This document shows positions 40,401 through 48,343 of a stretch of 64,000 bases of DNA, one piece after another. The position numbers and the translations under genes were made by a program. How positions within the stretch are numbered: position 1 is the first letter of the stretch; each line of letters opens with the position of its first letter. This DNA comes from a virus (lineage: Duplodnaviria; Caudoviricetes). Under the pieces are notes generated by a model that saw nothing but the letters and a program-made list of their open reading frames with translations, was not told where the DNA came from and did not search any database. Where the stretch lies: positions 64,001 through 128,000 of the IMG/VR virus record IMGVR_UViG_3300037067_027602. The stretch is one strand, 5' to 3'.

Positions 40401-40718
40401 GTAGGTGTGGGAGGAGCGTTCGCTGCCGCCCTCCCCCTCGACCATGGCCGACATCTCCCTGAATCCGTGCGGCGCCCCGCCGTGCAGCGCCCCCAGGGTG
40501 GCATACCCGCCGCCGGTGAGGACGACGGTGTCCGGAAGCTTGCATTTCCCCGCGCCGCGGTTGAATATGATGATGACGTTGTTCCTGATCCACATGGCTC
40601 GCAGGGCTAGTTTCTGGGGGGAGGCCAGCTCCACCCCCAATATGTCGCGGGCGGCCTCGCAGGGCTTGTCCTTATACTCTTTTATCAAATCTATCTGGGC
40701 GGCGTTCAAATCAGACAT
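37386..40718 (-). CDS. terL: Terminase large subunit with two inteins (about 572 aa after splicing)
   Basis: Walker A RGAGK/T split by an intein, PGFRQS, IRGAR, Walker B ILGDE, TSTAYYQFNH, nuclease LAADPA...DNF and KDRYSA. Confidence 0.92.
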   Translation of the reverse strand: MSDLNAAQIDLIKEYKDKPCEAARDILGVELASPQKLALRAMWIRNNVIIIFNRGAGKCKLPDTVVLTGGGYATLGALHGGAPHGFREMSAMVEGEGGSERSSHTYRNAPEPVHWARTALGMVDDGVAKHRVRTLGKKGSLEWAEMSSIRPGDVMVMDLSGSYRFEGDGSTGAEEAYLLGMMSAGLRRANFRHRSYFARWPGAAVMAAEIADRNGLLPAVKKMSRGYSVMLGGDVDGFLSRFGVRQEDGGWFPPSGSILTGGTAVAEAFLCGKLDACGCPMSKASQCQPRLVRVRTASEEKMLSAMFASLGVLVSASGRQNGDFLVPMGEAAATRGLPVMLPEGGLASVFMASRVRSPGYGMLMEDAANELSLRKRKRICTTQFVYKKKRNVHDLARPADAANLLVELDASEIPGGKARERLREYISRGLFFDMVTETGVLPPQDTYDLCVPGTHTFIANGFISHNTFLDGLFTVLRGMFFPGDKVGIVAPGFRQSKFVFAEVENLYAISKEFRGFVDKAPTRGTDMCQVRFKTAPNCRASLIEALPIGDGTKIRGARYHCILGDETAQIPEDILNLVIRGMMATFKNPMESVRWMAEQKKLLAAGKIDKIRQLHDNKIVYTSTAYYQFNHLWKKVQNYMEAILESAKKNPDSVELRGFPLNADLVPGGQIPYNFMMDENRALCALEYTRMPEGFMNLESIDEARRDMADNEFRMEYCLAAGVPVTTMAGEKPVEMVVPGDAVFTHMGRWGDVGKIFSRWYAGKAVSLKFGDWPEAVFTASHNFCSPSGDIEAVDVARSGVAWLRDPAGWTAVPVRKSSVFDFEGWVHNFSVESDHSYSLPYATVRNCSFFPTDTEGFFSRALLDSSMSHREFGCALYLPKRRGVVNILAADPARMSDNFTMAIFQVLLDRRLVRFRAMHSFHKKPYPYVHAQMRALLKAYNIDEIAMDSGGGGQPVRDLLADEKNTPQGEEIILQRDFDEHRKLKGRRILELVEFSDYGWLYDANHNMKLMLETGMLQMPCLEDLLDGPQDQSAEMLAAMAEISQTVREIQNIVVTMTEKRGNMHWDSPSKKHRKDRYSAVLIGCDRAYTFIKDANKPVALPRGVWIKR
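38178..38567 (-). other. Intein 2 (130-aa mini-intein) in TerL
   Basis: MEY|CLAAGVPV ... FTASH (block B) ... VHNFSVESDHSY...TVRN|C. Confidence 0.88.
39321..40544 (-). other. Intein 1 (408 aa) in TerL Walker A with degenerate LAGLIDADG endonuclease
   Basis: GAGK|CKLPDT ... YDLCVPGTHTFIANGFISHN|T; internal AYLLGMMSAG and AFLCGKLDACG. Confidence 0.9.
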
Positions 40719-40733
40719 TTCCTTTTTCCTCCG

Positions 40734-43700
40734 TTAAAACGCCAGCAACCCCGTCGGGGGGCCTGGCGGGGTGTTCACTAGAACCGTGGCGGTGGGGCTC
40801 CAGGGAGAGTCCTGGTTTCCGTCGGAGGCTTTGACCCTCCAAAAACGTTTCCCCGAAGACAGCGTCCCGGGAGGGACTGTGTAGCGGAAATCCTTTATTC
40901 CGGACATGCTGACGATCTCCCCGTTGGACGGGTCGAAATCCGGCCTAGACGATATTTGCACGGTGTACGTGACAGCGTCGCCGTCGGCGTCCATCGACTG
41001 CCCCCAGGAGAACACGGGGGAGGAGTCCCTTGACACCGTCGGCCTCGCCCCGAGGGAATCGGCCCCGTCCACCATCATGGGGGTGTACGGCATGGACGGG
41101 ACGTTGTTGCAGCGGGCGAGGAAATGCACCGGGGCGCTCCAGTTGACGCCGGCTTTGGCCGCCAGATGGAACCACCACTCCCCGCTCCTCTCCGCCTCGA
41201 ACGACGCCTCCCTCCCCGCCATCTTGGTGAACGAGTCCGACGGCTGCGTCCCGGACGCCCCGTCGAAAGAGACGTAGTACCCGTCCACGGGGTTGAATAT
41301 CGTGGACGCCTCCGTCCACGAGAACTCCAGGCCGAACTCGCTTTGCCACACCCCCTCCTCGACGTTGGCGGACACCACCATCCCGAACGGGACGTCCCCC
41401 TCCACGTCCGCCCGCGCCGCGAAGGGGAGATATCCCTGGACGGACACGGACACGGAGGCGGCGGCCGGCCTCCCGAACTCGTCTATGAAACCGAAATGCT
41501 CGGGGGTGTACACGGAGGCCAGGGACGGCAGCCCGCCGGCTCCGAGGGCCATGGGATGCACGAACCCGAGGAACGGGGCGTCCATCCCCGGGCATGGCCT
41601 GGTGGATCCGCCCATCCACGCGTCCAGGGGGATGGCCAGCCTAATCGACGCGTCCAACGGGGACGAACCGGACGACGGTATGCCGAACCTGGCCACCATG
41701 GGGGAGGACGAGACTCCGTTCACCATCGCCGACGCCCGCATCTCGCCCCCGGGGAGGGATCTCACCATGGCGTCGAGCCCGGAATCGGACGGCGACGCCG
41801 GGACCACCCTTCCGAAAACCGCCCCTGACGAAGACGACCAAACGAACACCGACCCTCCGGGGTCGCCGTGGCCGACCACGTCCACGGATCCGTAGAACCC
41901 GGCCTTGTCCTTCAACGGCAGCTTCACGGACGCCGGGATGTCCTCGTCCGTGGCCACGGAGAAAAAACTGGCCGTCTGGCTCCATGGCCCCGCCTCCCTG
42001 CCGTCCTGCGCCCTGACCCTCCACCTCCAGAGGCCAACCCCGTCCAACCTGCCGGAGCCTGGCAGGGAGTAAGACGCGACGCCCCCCACCGGGTTGGACG
42101 CCACCCCCTGGAAAGACAGGCACCCGTCCGGGAACGACCCCTCCCTCGACACCTGCAGGTCGTACGAGACGACGTCCAGCTGGTCGTCGTCCACCGCCGC
42201 CCCCCATGAGAACGTCGGGGTGGACCCGCGCTGCGAGTCGGGGGATATATGCCCGTCCACCCTCATCGGGTACGACACCGCCCCCGGGGGCATGTTGCAC
42301 CACACGGGGTAGACCGTCTCCGGCCCGAGGTTGCCTATGGTGTTGAACGCCCTGATATGGAAAAAATATTTCCCAGCGCCGTCGGCGGAGAAGGATATCG
42401 CCCTCGACGACAGCTTCTCTCCCCCGCTGTCAACCATCGCCCCAGCGTCCATGTCCCAGGAGACGTAATATCCCGCCACCGGGTAGAACTCGTCATCAGG
42501 CTCATCCCACGAGAACTCCACCGAATAGGAGGTCTGCCACTCCCCCGACGGCACGGATCCGGACACCGGCACCGCTCCGGGGGCGTCCTCCACCGGGGAC
42601 ACCGAACCGGGGAGGGGCTGCCTTGACGGGACGAGGGTGGACGCCCCCAGCCCCCGGTAGGGCGGGACGTCCAGGCGCCCCGGGAAATCGCCGGACGCCG
42701 GGATGGAGGAATTCAGGCTCCCGCCCAAGGGGGACAACCCCTCGGCCGACACGGCCACCCTCCCCCTCATCACCCCCGCCACCGCCACGCTGGCGGCCAT
42801 CCACGACCACGACGGGGAGGACACCACGGCCGACGCCAGCAGCCTCTGCTGGGAGTCGTCCACTGACAGCCCCCCGAAAAGGGAAGATTTCGAGGGGATT
42901 TCGACGGACGATCCGAGCTCCCCGCAGAACTCCACGTTGGCCGACGCCCCCATCCCGGAGGCGTCGGGCAAGATCACCGCCGCCCGGCCGGGCAAATTTT
43001 TACCCTGCTTTACCTCCAATTCCGCCGCCAGGGGTTCCGCCGCCACCACCGTCAACCCCCCGCCGATCCCGGAGACGGCCGGTACGTCCACCCTGCCGTC
43101 CACCGGGGCGCGCCCGGCGACGAACATCGACCCCGGCACCCTGGACGTCGACGGCGTGGACAGGGGCACGGACCCGCCGAGGTCGGCCGTCACCGCCGCT
43201 ATCGAGAAAAACTGCGCCCCACTCCACTCTCCCCATTGTTTTCCGTCATAGGATCTCACCCTCCATTGCCATCCCCCCACGGACAGGTTGTCGTCCACCT
43301 TCCAGGAGCTCATGCTGGAGTTGGTGGATTGGGGAATCCCTGACGCCTCCGCGGCCAAAACGTCCCATGACCCGGACGGCGACGCCTGGACGTGGTATGT
43401 GAGCACGTCGTAGGGGTCGGCGTCGGCGGCGTTCGCCCACCACAGCTCCGGGCGGGTCGTCCCCACGACCCCGGACGACTGCGGCGACTCGGCGTACATC
43501 GGGGACAGCGGGACCCCGGGGGTTATGTTCGGCATCACCTTGTACGTCGCCTGCGGCCCCAGGTTGAGGTATGAGTTCCTGGCCCTGACATGGAAATAAG
43601 CCTCACCCGACCATTCCCACTCCGCCCCCACATAGCGTTTGCTGGAATATATGTCCGACTCGGACACCACGTACACCGGGTCGTCGGTGATGGCGGACAG

Positions 43701-44876
43701 GTATCCAGCGCCAACGGCTCCCTCCCCCCATCCGGACGGCTCCGTCCAGCTGAACAGGAACTCCGTGTGGGGGGACCATTCCCCGGATGGGACCACGACC
43801 GCCCCGGACGGGGCCGTCACCCCGTCCCCGCCGTCCGACCATTCCTCGGGCAGCGGCGGGAACCCGGAGGGGCGGGCGTGGCACGACAACGACACCTCGG
43901 AAGGCAGATTCGGGAGGACTGGGACGGAGCCGGACACCCCGGACGCCATCCCCACCGTAACCACCGTCCTGCCGTCCAGGAGCTGCTCCGACACGTCGGG
44001 CACGAGAAACGAGCGCAAGGATCCCCATCCGTTGGCGAGGACGAAAGACGACGCTTTCACGGTCTGCCCGGAGTCGTCGGCGAACACCGAACCCCTGAAA
44101 GATGCGCCATAGGGGGCAGACACGTTGGTCGACGCCCCCAGCGGGGCGTCCTCCCCGTTCACCTTCGTGGATCCGGACAGCGACCCGTTCGACTCCACCG
44201 CCGGGTAGACGACGGCCATGAAATCCCTAACCAGCCCGGGGATTGACAGCGACCCCGGCAGATCCTCAGCGAAGATCACCCTGGCCGACCCCGGGAGATC
44301 CCTTTTCGCCGGGATAACCAGCGACCCAGGAAGGTCTCCGGCGCCCTCGACGAACAATTTCCCGGGAATGTTCCCCCTTCCGGGGGACGACACCGCCGCC
44401 ATGGCCGGGAAATCGACGTTTATCGGCACGCCGGCCCTGCCAAAAAGGTCGCCATATCCCGGGATGGACGCCGACGCAGCCAGATCCCCCCAGGAATTGG
44501 CCAGCGTCCACGCCGCCGCCCCCAGGTCGCCGGAGGAGGGGAGGCACGGGCGGAGGAATCCCCCGAGATCCCCGGACGCCGGGACGGAGGAAGCGACCAA
44601 ACCTTGTAAATTCCCCGTGGCCGGGACGAACAGCGCGGCCAAGGCGTCCTCCGACCCGCCCCATGGGACGAGGACGGACGACTGGATGGAACCGGACGCG
44701 GGAAGGCAGATGTTGGACGAGGCGGGGAAACCGGTGTCCGACACCCCTATCACCATCACCCCGCCGCCGAGGAACCCCCCTCCTCCCGGGGTCAGATCCC
44801 CTTCCAGGACGCGGACGTCGAGAAGCTCCGTCGCCCTGACGAAACCGCTTTCCGTTATCCTGATTGTCCTGGACAT
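40734..44876 (-). CDS. Large virion surface protein with three repeated pairs of Fn3/Ig-like domains
   Basis: Three copies of FSW.E....V.GY...(Y/W)FH followed by P.(F/L).W...D.D....Y..Q.S...WRV...DG....WS, separated by short GDL.G.L.V-type repeats. Confidence 0.7.
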   Translation of the reverse strand: MSRTIRITESGFVRATELLDVRVLEGDLTPGGGGFLGGGVMVIGVSDTGFPASSNICLPASGSIQSSVLVPWGGSEDALAALFVPATGNLQGLVASSVPASGDLGGFLRPCLPSSGDLGAAAWTLANSWGDLAASASIPGYGDLFGRAGVPINVDFPAMAAVSSPGRGNIPGKLFVEGAGDLPGSLVIPAKRDLPGSARVIFAEDLPGSLSIPGLVRDFMAVVYPAVESNGSLSGSTKVNGEDAPLGASTNVSAPYGASFRGSVFADDSGQTVKASSFVLANGWGSLRSFLVPDVSEQLLDGRTVVTVGMASGVSGSVPVLPNLPSEVSLSCHARPSGFPPLPEEWSDGGDGVTAPSGAVVVPSGEWSPHTEFLFSWTEPSGWGEGAVGAGYLSAITDDPVYVVSESDIYSSKRYVGAEWEWSGEAYFHVRARNSYLNLGPQATYKVMPNITPGVPLSPMYAESPQSSGVVGTTRPELWWANAADADPYDVLTYHVQASPSGSWDVLAAEASGIPQSTNSSMSSWKVDDNLSVGGWQWRVRSYDGKQWGEWSGAQFFSIAAVTADLGGSVPLSTPSTSRVPGSMFVAGRAPVDGRVDVPAVSGIGGGLTVVAAEPLAAELEVKQGKNLPGRAAVILPDASGMGASANVEFCGELGSSVEIPSKSSLFGGLSVDDSQQRLLASAVVSSPSWSWMAASVAVAGVMRGRVAVSAEGLSPLGGSLNSSIPASGDFPGRLDVPPYRGLGASTLVPSRQPLPGSVSPVEDAPGAVPVSGSVPSGEWQTSYSVEFSWDEPDDEFYPVAGYYVSWDMDAGAMVDSGGEKLSSRAISFSADGAGKYFFHIRAFNTIGNLGPETVYPVWCNMPPGAVSYPMRVDGHISPDSQRGSTPTFSWGAAVDDDQLDVVSYDLQVSREGSFPDGCLSFQGVASNPVGGVASYSLPGSGRLDGVGLWRWRVRAQDGREAGPWSQTASFFSVATDEDIPASVKLPLKDKAGFYGSVDVVGHGDPGGSVFVWSSSSGAVFGRVVPASPSDSGLDAMVRSLPGGEMRASAMVNGVSSSPMVARFGIPSSGSSPLDASIRLAIPLDAWMGGSTRPCPGMDAPFLGFVHPMALGAGGLPSLASVYTPEHFGFIDEFGRPAAASVSVSVQGYLPFAARADVEGDVPFGMVVSANVEEGVWQSEFGLEFSWTEASTIFNPVDGYYVSFDGASGTQPSDSFTKMAGREASFEAERSGEWWFHLAAKAGVNWSAPVHFLARCNNVPSMPYTPMMVDGADSLGARPTVSRDSSPVFSWGQSMDADGDAVTYTVQISSRPDFDPSNGEIVSMSGIKDFRYTVPPGTLSSGKRFWRVKASDGNQDSPWSPTATVLVNTPPGPPTGLLAF

Positions 44877-44939
44877 GGCCTGCCCGCCCTTTTTATCGCC
44901 GCCGGCGGAGGCCGCGGCGGCCGTGCGCCTGGGACGGGA

Positions 44940-45070
44940 TCATCCCGTCCGTTTGAAAAGCTCCAGGCTTGTCCCGACCCCGAACACGTTCCCCCCGGAG
45001 CCGTTCCGGACGATCTGCGTTATGTTGGACGCCGTGGCGTAGACCACGATCACCCCGGACGACGTCTCCC
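44940..45070 (-). pseudogene. Orphan 3' gene fragment (tail-fibre-like C-terminus) abutting the IS607 right end
   Basis: GETSSGVIVVYATASNITQIVRNGSGGNVFGVGTSLELFKRTG* has phage-like GC3 codons but no start of its own outside the IS. Confidence 0.6.
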
Positions 45071-45280
45071 CTGGTTTACCAAACTTGGACAATCCTCCGT
45101 CCGCATTTGGAAGGTGGCCTTTCCGTCCACCTGATCTTGTTTTTTGGTTATTAGAACTCGACGCCAACCCGACCAGTTATAGGGTTGGGCTCCCCGGACG
45201 GAATCACGCCGTCCCTGCCGCGTGTGCCGCCGTGAGGCGGTGCCAGCGGCGAGGCTGTGAGCCTGGGTGGCTTCACCTTC
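45070..45280 (-). ncRNA. TnpB omega/reRNA scaffold (predicted)
   Basis: Cluster of hairpins (GCCGCC-n-GGCGGC-like, GGACGG..CCGTCC, CCAACCC..GGGTTGG, AGGTGG..CCACCT) overlapping the tnpB 3' end up to the right end. Confidence 0.55.
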
Positions 45281-46419
45281 AGGAAAACGTCCTGGAGGTA
45301 CGACCAGGATTCCAGCGTCAAAGTCTCCTTACCGGATCTTCCTTCCAGGTTCACCGAAGGCACTTTGCGCTTGGCAATCTTGTCCGTGAAAGTCTTGCGC
45401 TCCTTGATCCCCATGCCGCGCCGGGCGATGACCAGCCCGGCGGCGGTGTGGCGGTTCAAAGAGTACATGGCTTTGTATTTGAGGTTGCCGAGGATGGAGG
45501 TGTACGCCGGGTTTACTTCCACCAGCGGCACGCCCTCCTTCTCCGACCGTGACCTCAAAGATTCCAAAAGCTTGTCGTGAACGAAGTTGGACTTCATCCG
45601 GTTGAATTTCTTGCCCTTGTCCTTTTTCTTCTTGTCCTTGCCGAAATCCAAATCCTCAATGACCAGCGTCTTGCCGGAGGCCTTCGCCACCCCGACAACC
45701 TCTTTCGCCATCATCCGGACATCGTAAATTCGTTTGCCGTTGGATGCGAACTGGAGCCGCTGCCCGAGCAGGTATTTGTGCTTGAACAAGTTCCCGTGGC
45801 CGTCCACCTCCACGACGGCGAGGCCGTCGGGGTTGCAGTCGACGCCGATCGCTCCAGGGACTGTGGGTTGTTTGGCCCTCGGCTCGACGTTCCAACCGAT
45901 CTTCACCTCGAACTTGTCGTCTTTTCGGACGATTCGGACATCATAACAAGTCAAGTCTAGATTGACGAACTTCTTTGGGATAAACAATTTCCCCTCCAAC
46001 CATAGGCCGCGGTCGGATGGATCGTTAACTAACAACCTACCACCGTCCACCCGGATGTTCGGGTTGCCGTTCTTGGACTTGTCACCCATGGAATAGAGCT
46101 GCGAGTTGCGTTTGGCGTTCCAATCTTCTTTGTCGAGGTTGCCGGAGACCATGGCTTCCCACAGCTTCCTCCCGCCGAACAAAGCGTTATCGAAGACCAT
46201 CCCGGACGCCAGGGAACAAGCGTCCGAGACGTATCGCTGGTTCAGCTCGGGGTAGTAGTTCTTCTTGACATGAAGTTTGACATCGTTGCCGATAAGGTTG
46301 TGCTTGTGGTAGGCTTGATAGGCGGAGCGCACAGCGGAGCACTGGAGCTTCATAAGATTCAGCAATCTAAGTTCCGTCGGCTGATCGAACCAAACGACGC
46401 CGTGTGCTATTCTACGCAT
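45151..46419 (-). CDS. tnpB: TnpB RNA-guided nuclease
   Basis: RuvC-I AIGVDCN, RuvC-II LVIEDLDF, VNPAYTS, RuvC-III NRHTAAGLVIARR; start MRRIAH overlaps the tnpA stop. Confidence 0.9.
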   Translation of the reverse strand: MRRIAHGVVWFDQPTELRLLNLMKLQCSAVRSAYQAYHKHNLIGNDVKLHVKKNYYPELNQRYVSDACSLASGMVFDNALFGGRKLWEAMVSGNLDKEDWNAKRNSQLYSMGDKSKNGNPNIRVDGGRLLVNDPSDRGLWLEGKLFIPKKFVNLDLTCYDVRIVRKDDKFEVKIGWNVEPRAKQPTVPGAIGVDCNPDGLAVVEVDGHGNLFKHKYLLGQRLQFASNGKRIYDVRMMAKEVVGVAKASGKTLVIEDLDFGKDKKKKDKGKKFNRMKSNFVHDKLLESLRSRSEKEGVPLVEVNPAYTSILGNLKYKAMYSLNRHTAAGLVIARRGMGIKERKTFTDKIAKRKVPSVNLEGRSGKETLTLESWSYLQDVFLKVKPPRLTASPLAPPHGGTRGRDGVIPSGEPNPITGRVGVEF

Positions 46420-47017
46420 CTTTGCGCTTCCTTCCGCCACGTTTTCCATATAATCTACCACTATAAGACGCTACCAACGAGACAATGTCTTCCGCAAACT
46501 CCTCTTCAAATTCTTTGTTTTCTTTTTGTTCCAGAACGACCACCTCAACACCGAAGTTTCGACAATAAATTTGAAATGTCTCAAAACCGAATCGGGTGAG
46601 ACGATCCTTGAATTCGACGACGACTCGGACGACGTCTGGACGGGCTATGCGTTCAAGCAGGCGCTTGAACTGTTTCCTACCATCGTTCAACCCCGACCCA
46701 ATCTCTTTGAATAGCTCAACAGTCCAACCGCTTTTGGCGCAATGCTCCAGTACCCGCCCTACTTGCCGTTCCAAATTTTCGGCTTGTTTCTGAGTGCTGG
46801 TACGACAATAACAGCAACTTACCGTGCGGTCTTTATCAACTTTCCCCTGGATGCGTCGGACTTCGCTTAAAGGAACCCGTCTATGACCACCTTCAGTCCG
46901 TATGGTTTGTATTTGCCCGGAGGCGTCCCATCGACGGAGCGTCCGAACATCCACCCCAAGTTCTCTTGAGGCCTTCGACAAAGTCAAATGCTCCGTCGTA
47001 GTGTTTTTGAAACTCAT
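46412..47017 (-). CDS. tnpA: IS607 serine recombinase transposase
   Basis: N-terminal MerR-like HTH (ASRELGVDVRTLRRWD...RTEGGHRR), catalytic YCRTS, LERQ, EIGSGLN and DRLTRFGFE. Confidence 0.95.
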   Translation of the reverse strand: MSFKNTTTEHLTLSKASRELGVDVRTLRRWDASGQIQTIRTEGGHRRVPLSEVRRIQGKVDKDRTVSCCYCRTSTQKQAENLERQVGRVLEHCAKSGWTVELFKEIGSGLNDGRKQFKRLLERIARPDVVRVVVEFKDRLTRFGFETFQIYCRNFGVEVVVLEQKENKEFEEEFAEDIVSLVASYSGRLYGKRGGRKRKDA

Positions 47018-47111
47018 CTGGTGTCATTTCCTTTTCTAGAGTGGGAATGATCGGAAAAACGCTACCATCATCCAACTCAAACTCTTCTTTAGTAACCCTG
47101 ACAATTTTCAT
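46893..47111 (-). CDS. Small upstream ORF inside IS607 overlapping the tnpA start
   Basis: MKIVRVTKEEFELDDG...; AGGTGG RBS; protein-like N-terminal half. Confidence 0.45.
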   Translation of the reverse strand: MKIVRVTKEEFELDDGSVFPIIPTLEKEMTPDEFQKHYDGAFDFVEGLKRTWGGCSDAPSMGRLRANTNHTD

Positions 47112-47138
47112 TATACACCACCTTTCTATCAAAGTCAA
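47110..47138 (-). promoter_or_regulatory. Sigma70-type promoter of IS607
   Basis: TTGACT-17 nt-TATAAT on the minus strand. Confidence 0.8.
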
Positions 47139-47170
47139 GTAGGTTTGTCCAAAAATGTCCAGATTTTTAA

Positions 47171-47383
47171 CTAACAGCTAATCCTCCTTTTCTTGAAGTC
47201 CTCGACCACCTCGATCAAGGCGTCAACGGCGTCGCCGTAGAAGAAGATGTCGATGGAGTTGCCCTCCCCCTCCAGGGTGAGGACGTTGCATTCCGACTCC
47301 CCGGGGTGCTTGGCAGGACTTTTGTCGAGCTTCGCCTCGACCGGCTTTTTGTGGAAGTGCATCATCACGCTTGTCATACTCAT
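47171..47383 (-). CDS. Small hypothetical protein whose last codons lie in the IS left end
   Basis: 70 aa; 4-nt overlap with the upstream gene. Confidence 0.6.
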   Translation of the reverse strand: MSMTSVMMHFHKKPVEAKLDKSPAKHPGESECNVLTLEGEGNSIDIFFYGDAVDALIEVVEDFKKRRISC

Positions 47384-48120
47384 TTCCCTTTCGTCAATCG
47401 GTTTTGCTCATACCTCGCCTTCGACTGCCCATGCGCCGGGATACAAACGTCCTTCGCCTCCCGGTTCATGCCGCAGCAGAGGCCGCACTCGAAGCACAAC
47501 TTGCCCTTCGTGATGTTGGGGCACATCACCTCCTCACCGACGTCGGGGCTCTCCTCCCCGCAAAGAATACGGAAAGTCCGCCATCCCAAAGCTTTGGCCT
47601 CCTCCCTCTCCGCCTCCGTGTCGCAGCTGGCCATGAGCCACCCCGCCAGATCCGGACGCTCCCTCCAGCGGCGGGTGTAGCCGGTCCAAGAGCCGGAGAT
47701 GGCCATGATAGGCTCCAGGACGGCGTTGGGAAGGGCTCCCGGATCCCCGTATGCCCCGACCCTAACCCTCTTTCCTTTGAGGCTGGAGAGACATTCCAGG
47801 GGGGAGGGCGAGGGGTAGCCTTCCGCCATCAACTTCCTGCCGATGCCCTGCACCGACTTGGCGACATTGACGTAGCAAGTCCTGACGCCGTTGCCAGGCC
47901 CGCCCCTGTGGGGGCAGGAGCCGCAGACGGAGTCATGGGAGCCGTCCTTGATGGCGTCCATGGGCAATTTACCGTCGACCATGACGAAGATCTGCACCAT
48001 GGGGCCGGTCTTGGCGTTCTGGCTCGGCCTACCGACGCCCGTGGCGACGCAGACGATGGGCTTACCGTCGATCTCCGACGCCCCCCTCCAAAGTATGAAT
48101 GAATCCAATTTTTTACGCAT
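47380..48120 (-). CDS. Cys-rich phage Fe-S protein (radical-SAM-like/Gp88-like)
   Basis: NAKTG, CGSCP...CYV, VRVGAYGDP, WTGYT, MASCD and CP...CFECGLC...AHG motifs. Confidence 0.65.
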   Translation of the reverse strand: MRKKLDSFILWRGASEIDGKPIVCVATGVGRPSQNAKTGPMVQIFVMVDGKLPMDAIKDGSHDSVCGSCPHRGGPGNGVRTCYVNVAKSVQGIGRKLMAEGYPSPSPLECLSSLKGKRVRVGAYGDPGALPNAVLEPIMAISGSWTGYTRRWRERPDLAGWLMASCDTEAEREEAKALGWRTFRILCGEESPDVGEEVMCPNITKGKLCFECGLCCGMNREAKDVCIPAHGQSKARYEQNRLTKGK

Positions 48121-48343
48121 TCCGCTTTTCCTTCCTTTTCAATACCATGACGACGCCGGGCTCCGTCCCGGAACCGTTGGCGTAATGCACGGTGGCCTTC
48201 CCGAGGCCATATCTGATGTCCGCCCCCTTCAGGGGGATGTAGATCCCGCCCAGGGGCATCCGCCCGGGCGGGAACAGCTCGTCGATGACGGAGCACGCCT
48301 CGTCGGTGCCCTCCGGCATCTCAGCCTCCTCGACGGGCCTCAT
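48113..48343 (-). CDS. Hypothetical protein
   Basis: 76 aa; overlaps both neighbours. Confidence 0.55.
   Translation of the reverse strand: MRPVEEAEMPEGTDEACSVIDELFPPGRMPLGGIYIPLKGADIRYGLGKATVHYANGSGTEPGVVMVLKRKEKRNA

Larger units (their letters stand above)
45070..47184 (-). mobile_element. IS607-family insertion sequence (tnpA + tnpB)
   Basis: Lower GC than flanks, tnpA-tnpB pair, GG dinucleotides at both boundaries, TTGGACAA near both ends in inverted orientation (45085-45092 and 47145-47152). Exact ends uncertain by a few nt. Confidence 0.88.

Noticed and set aside
44877-44940. GC-rich nested hairpin upstream of the Fn3 protein gene
   Set aside because: Short and expected by chance at this GC content; shares no motifs with the ncRNA units.
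45070-47184. IStron (group I intron plus IS607)
   Set aside because: Only about 170 nt lie between the left end and tnpA, too short for a group I intron core.
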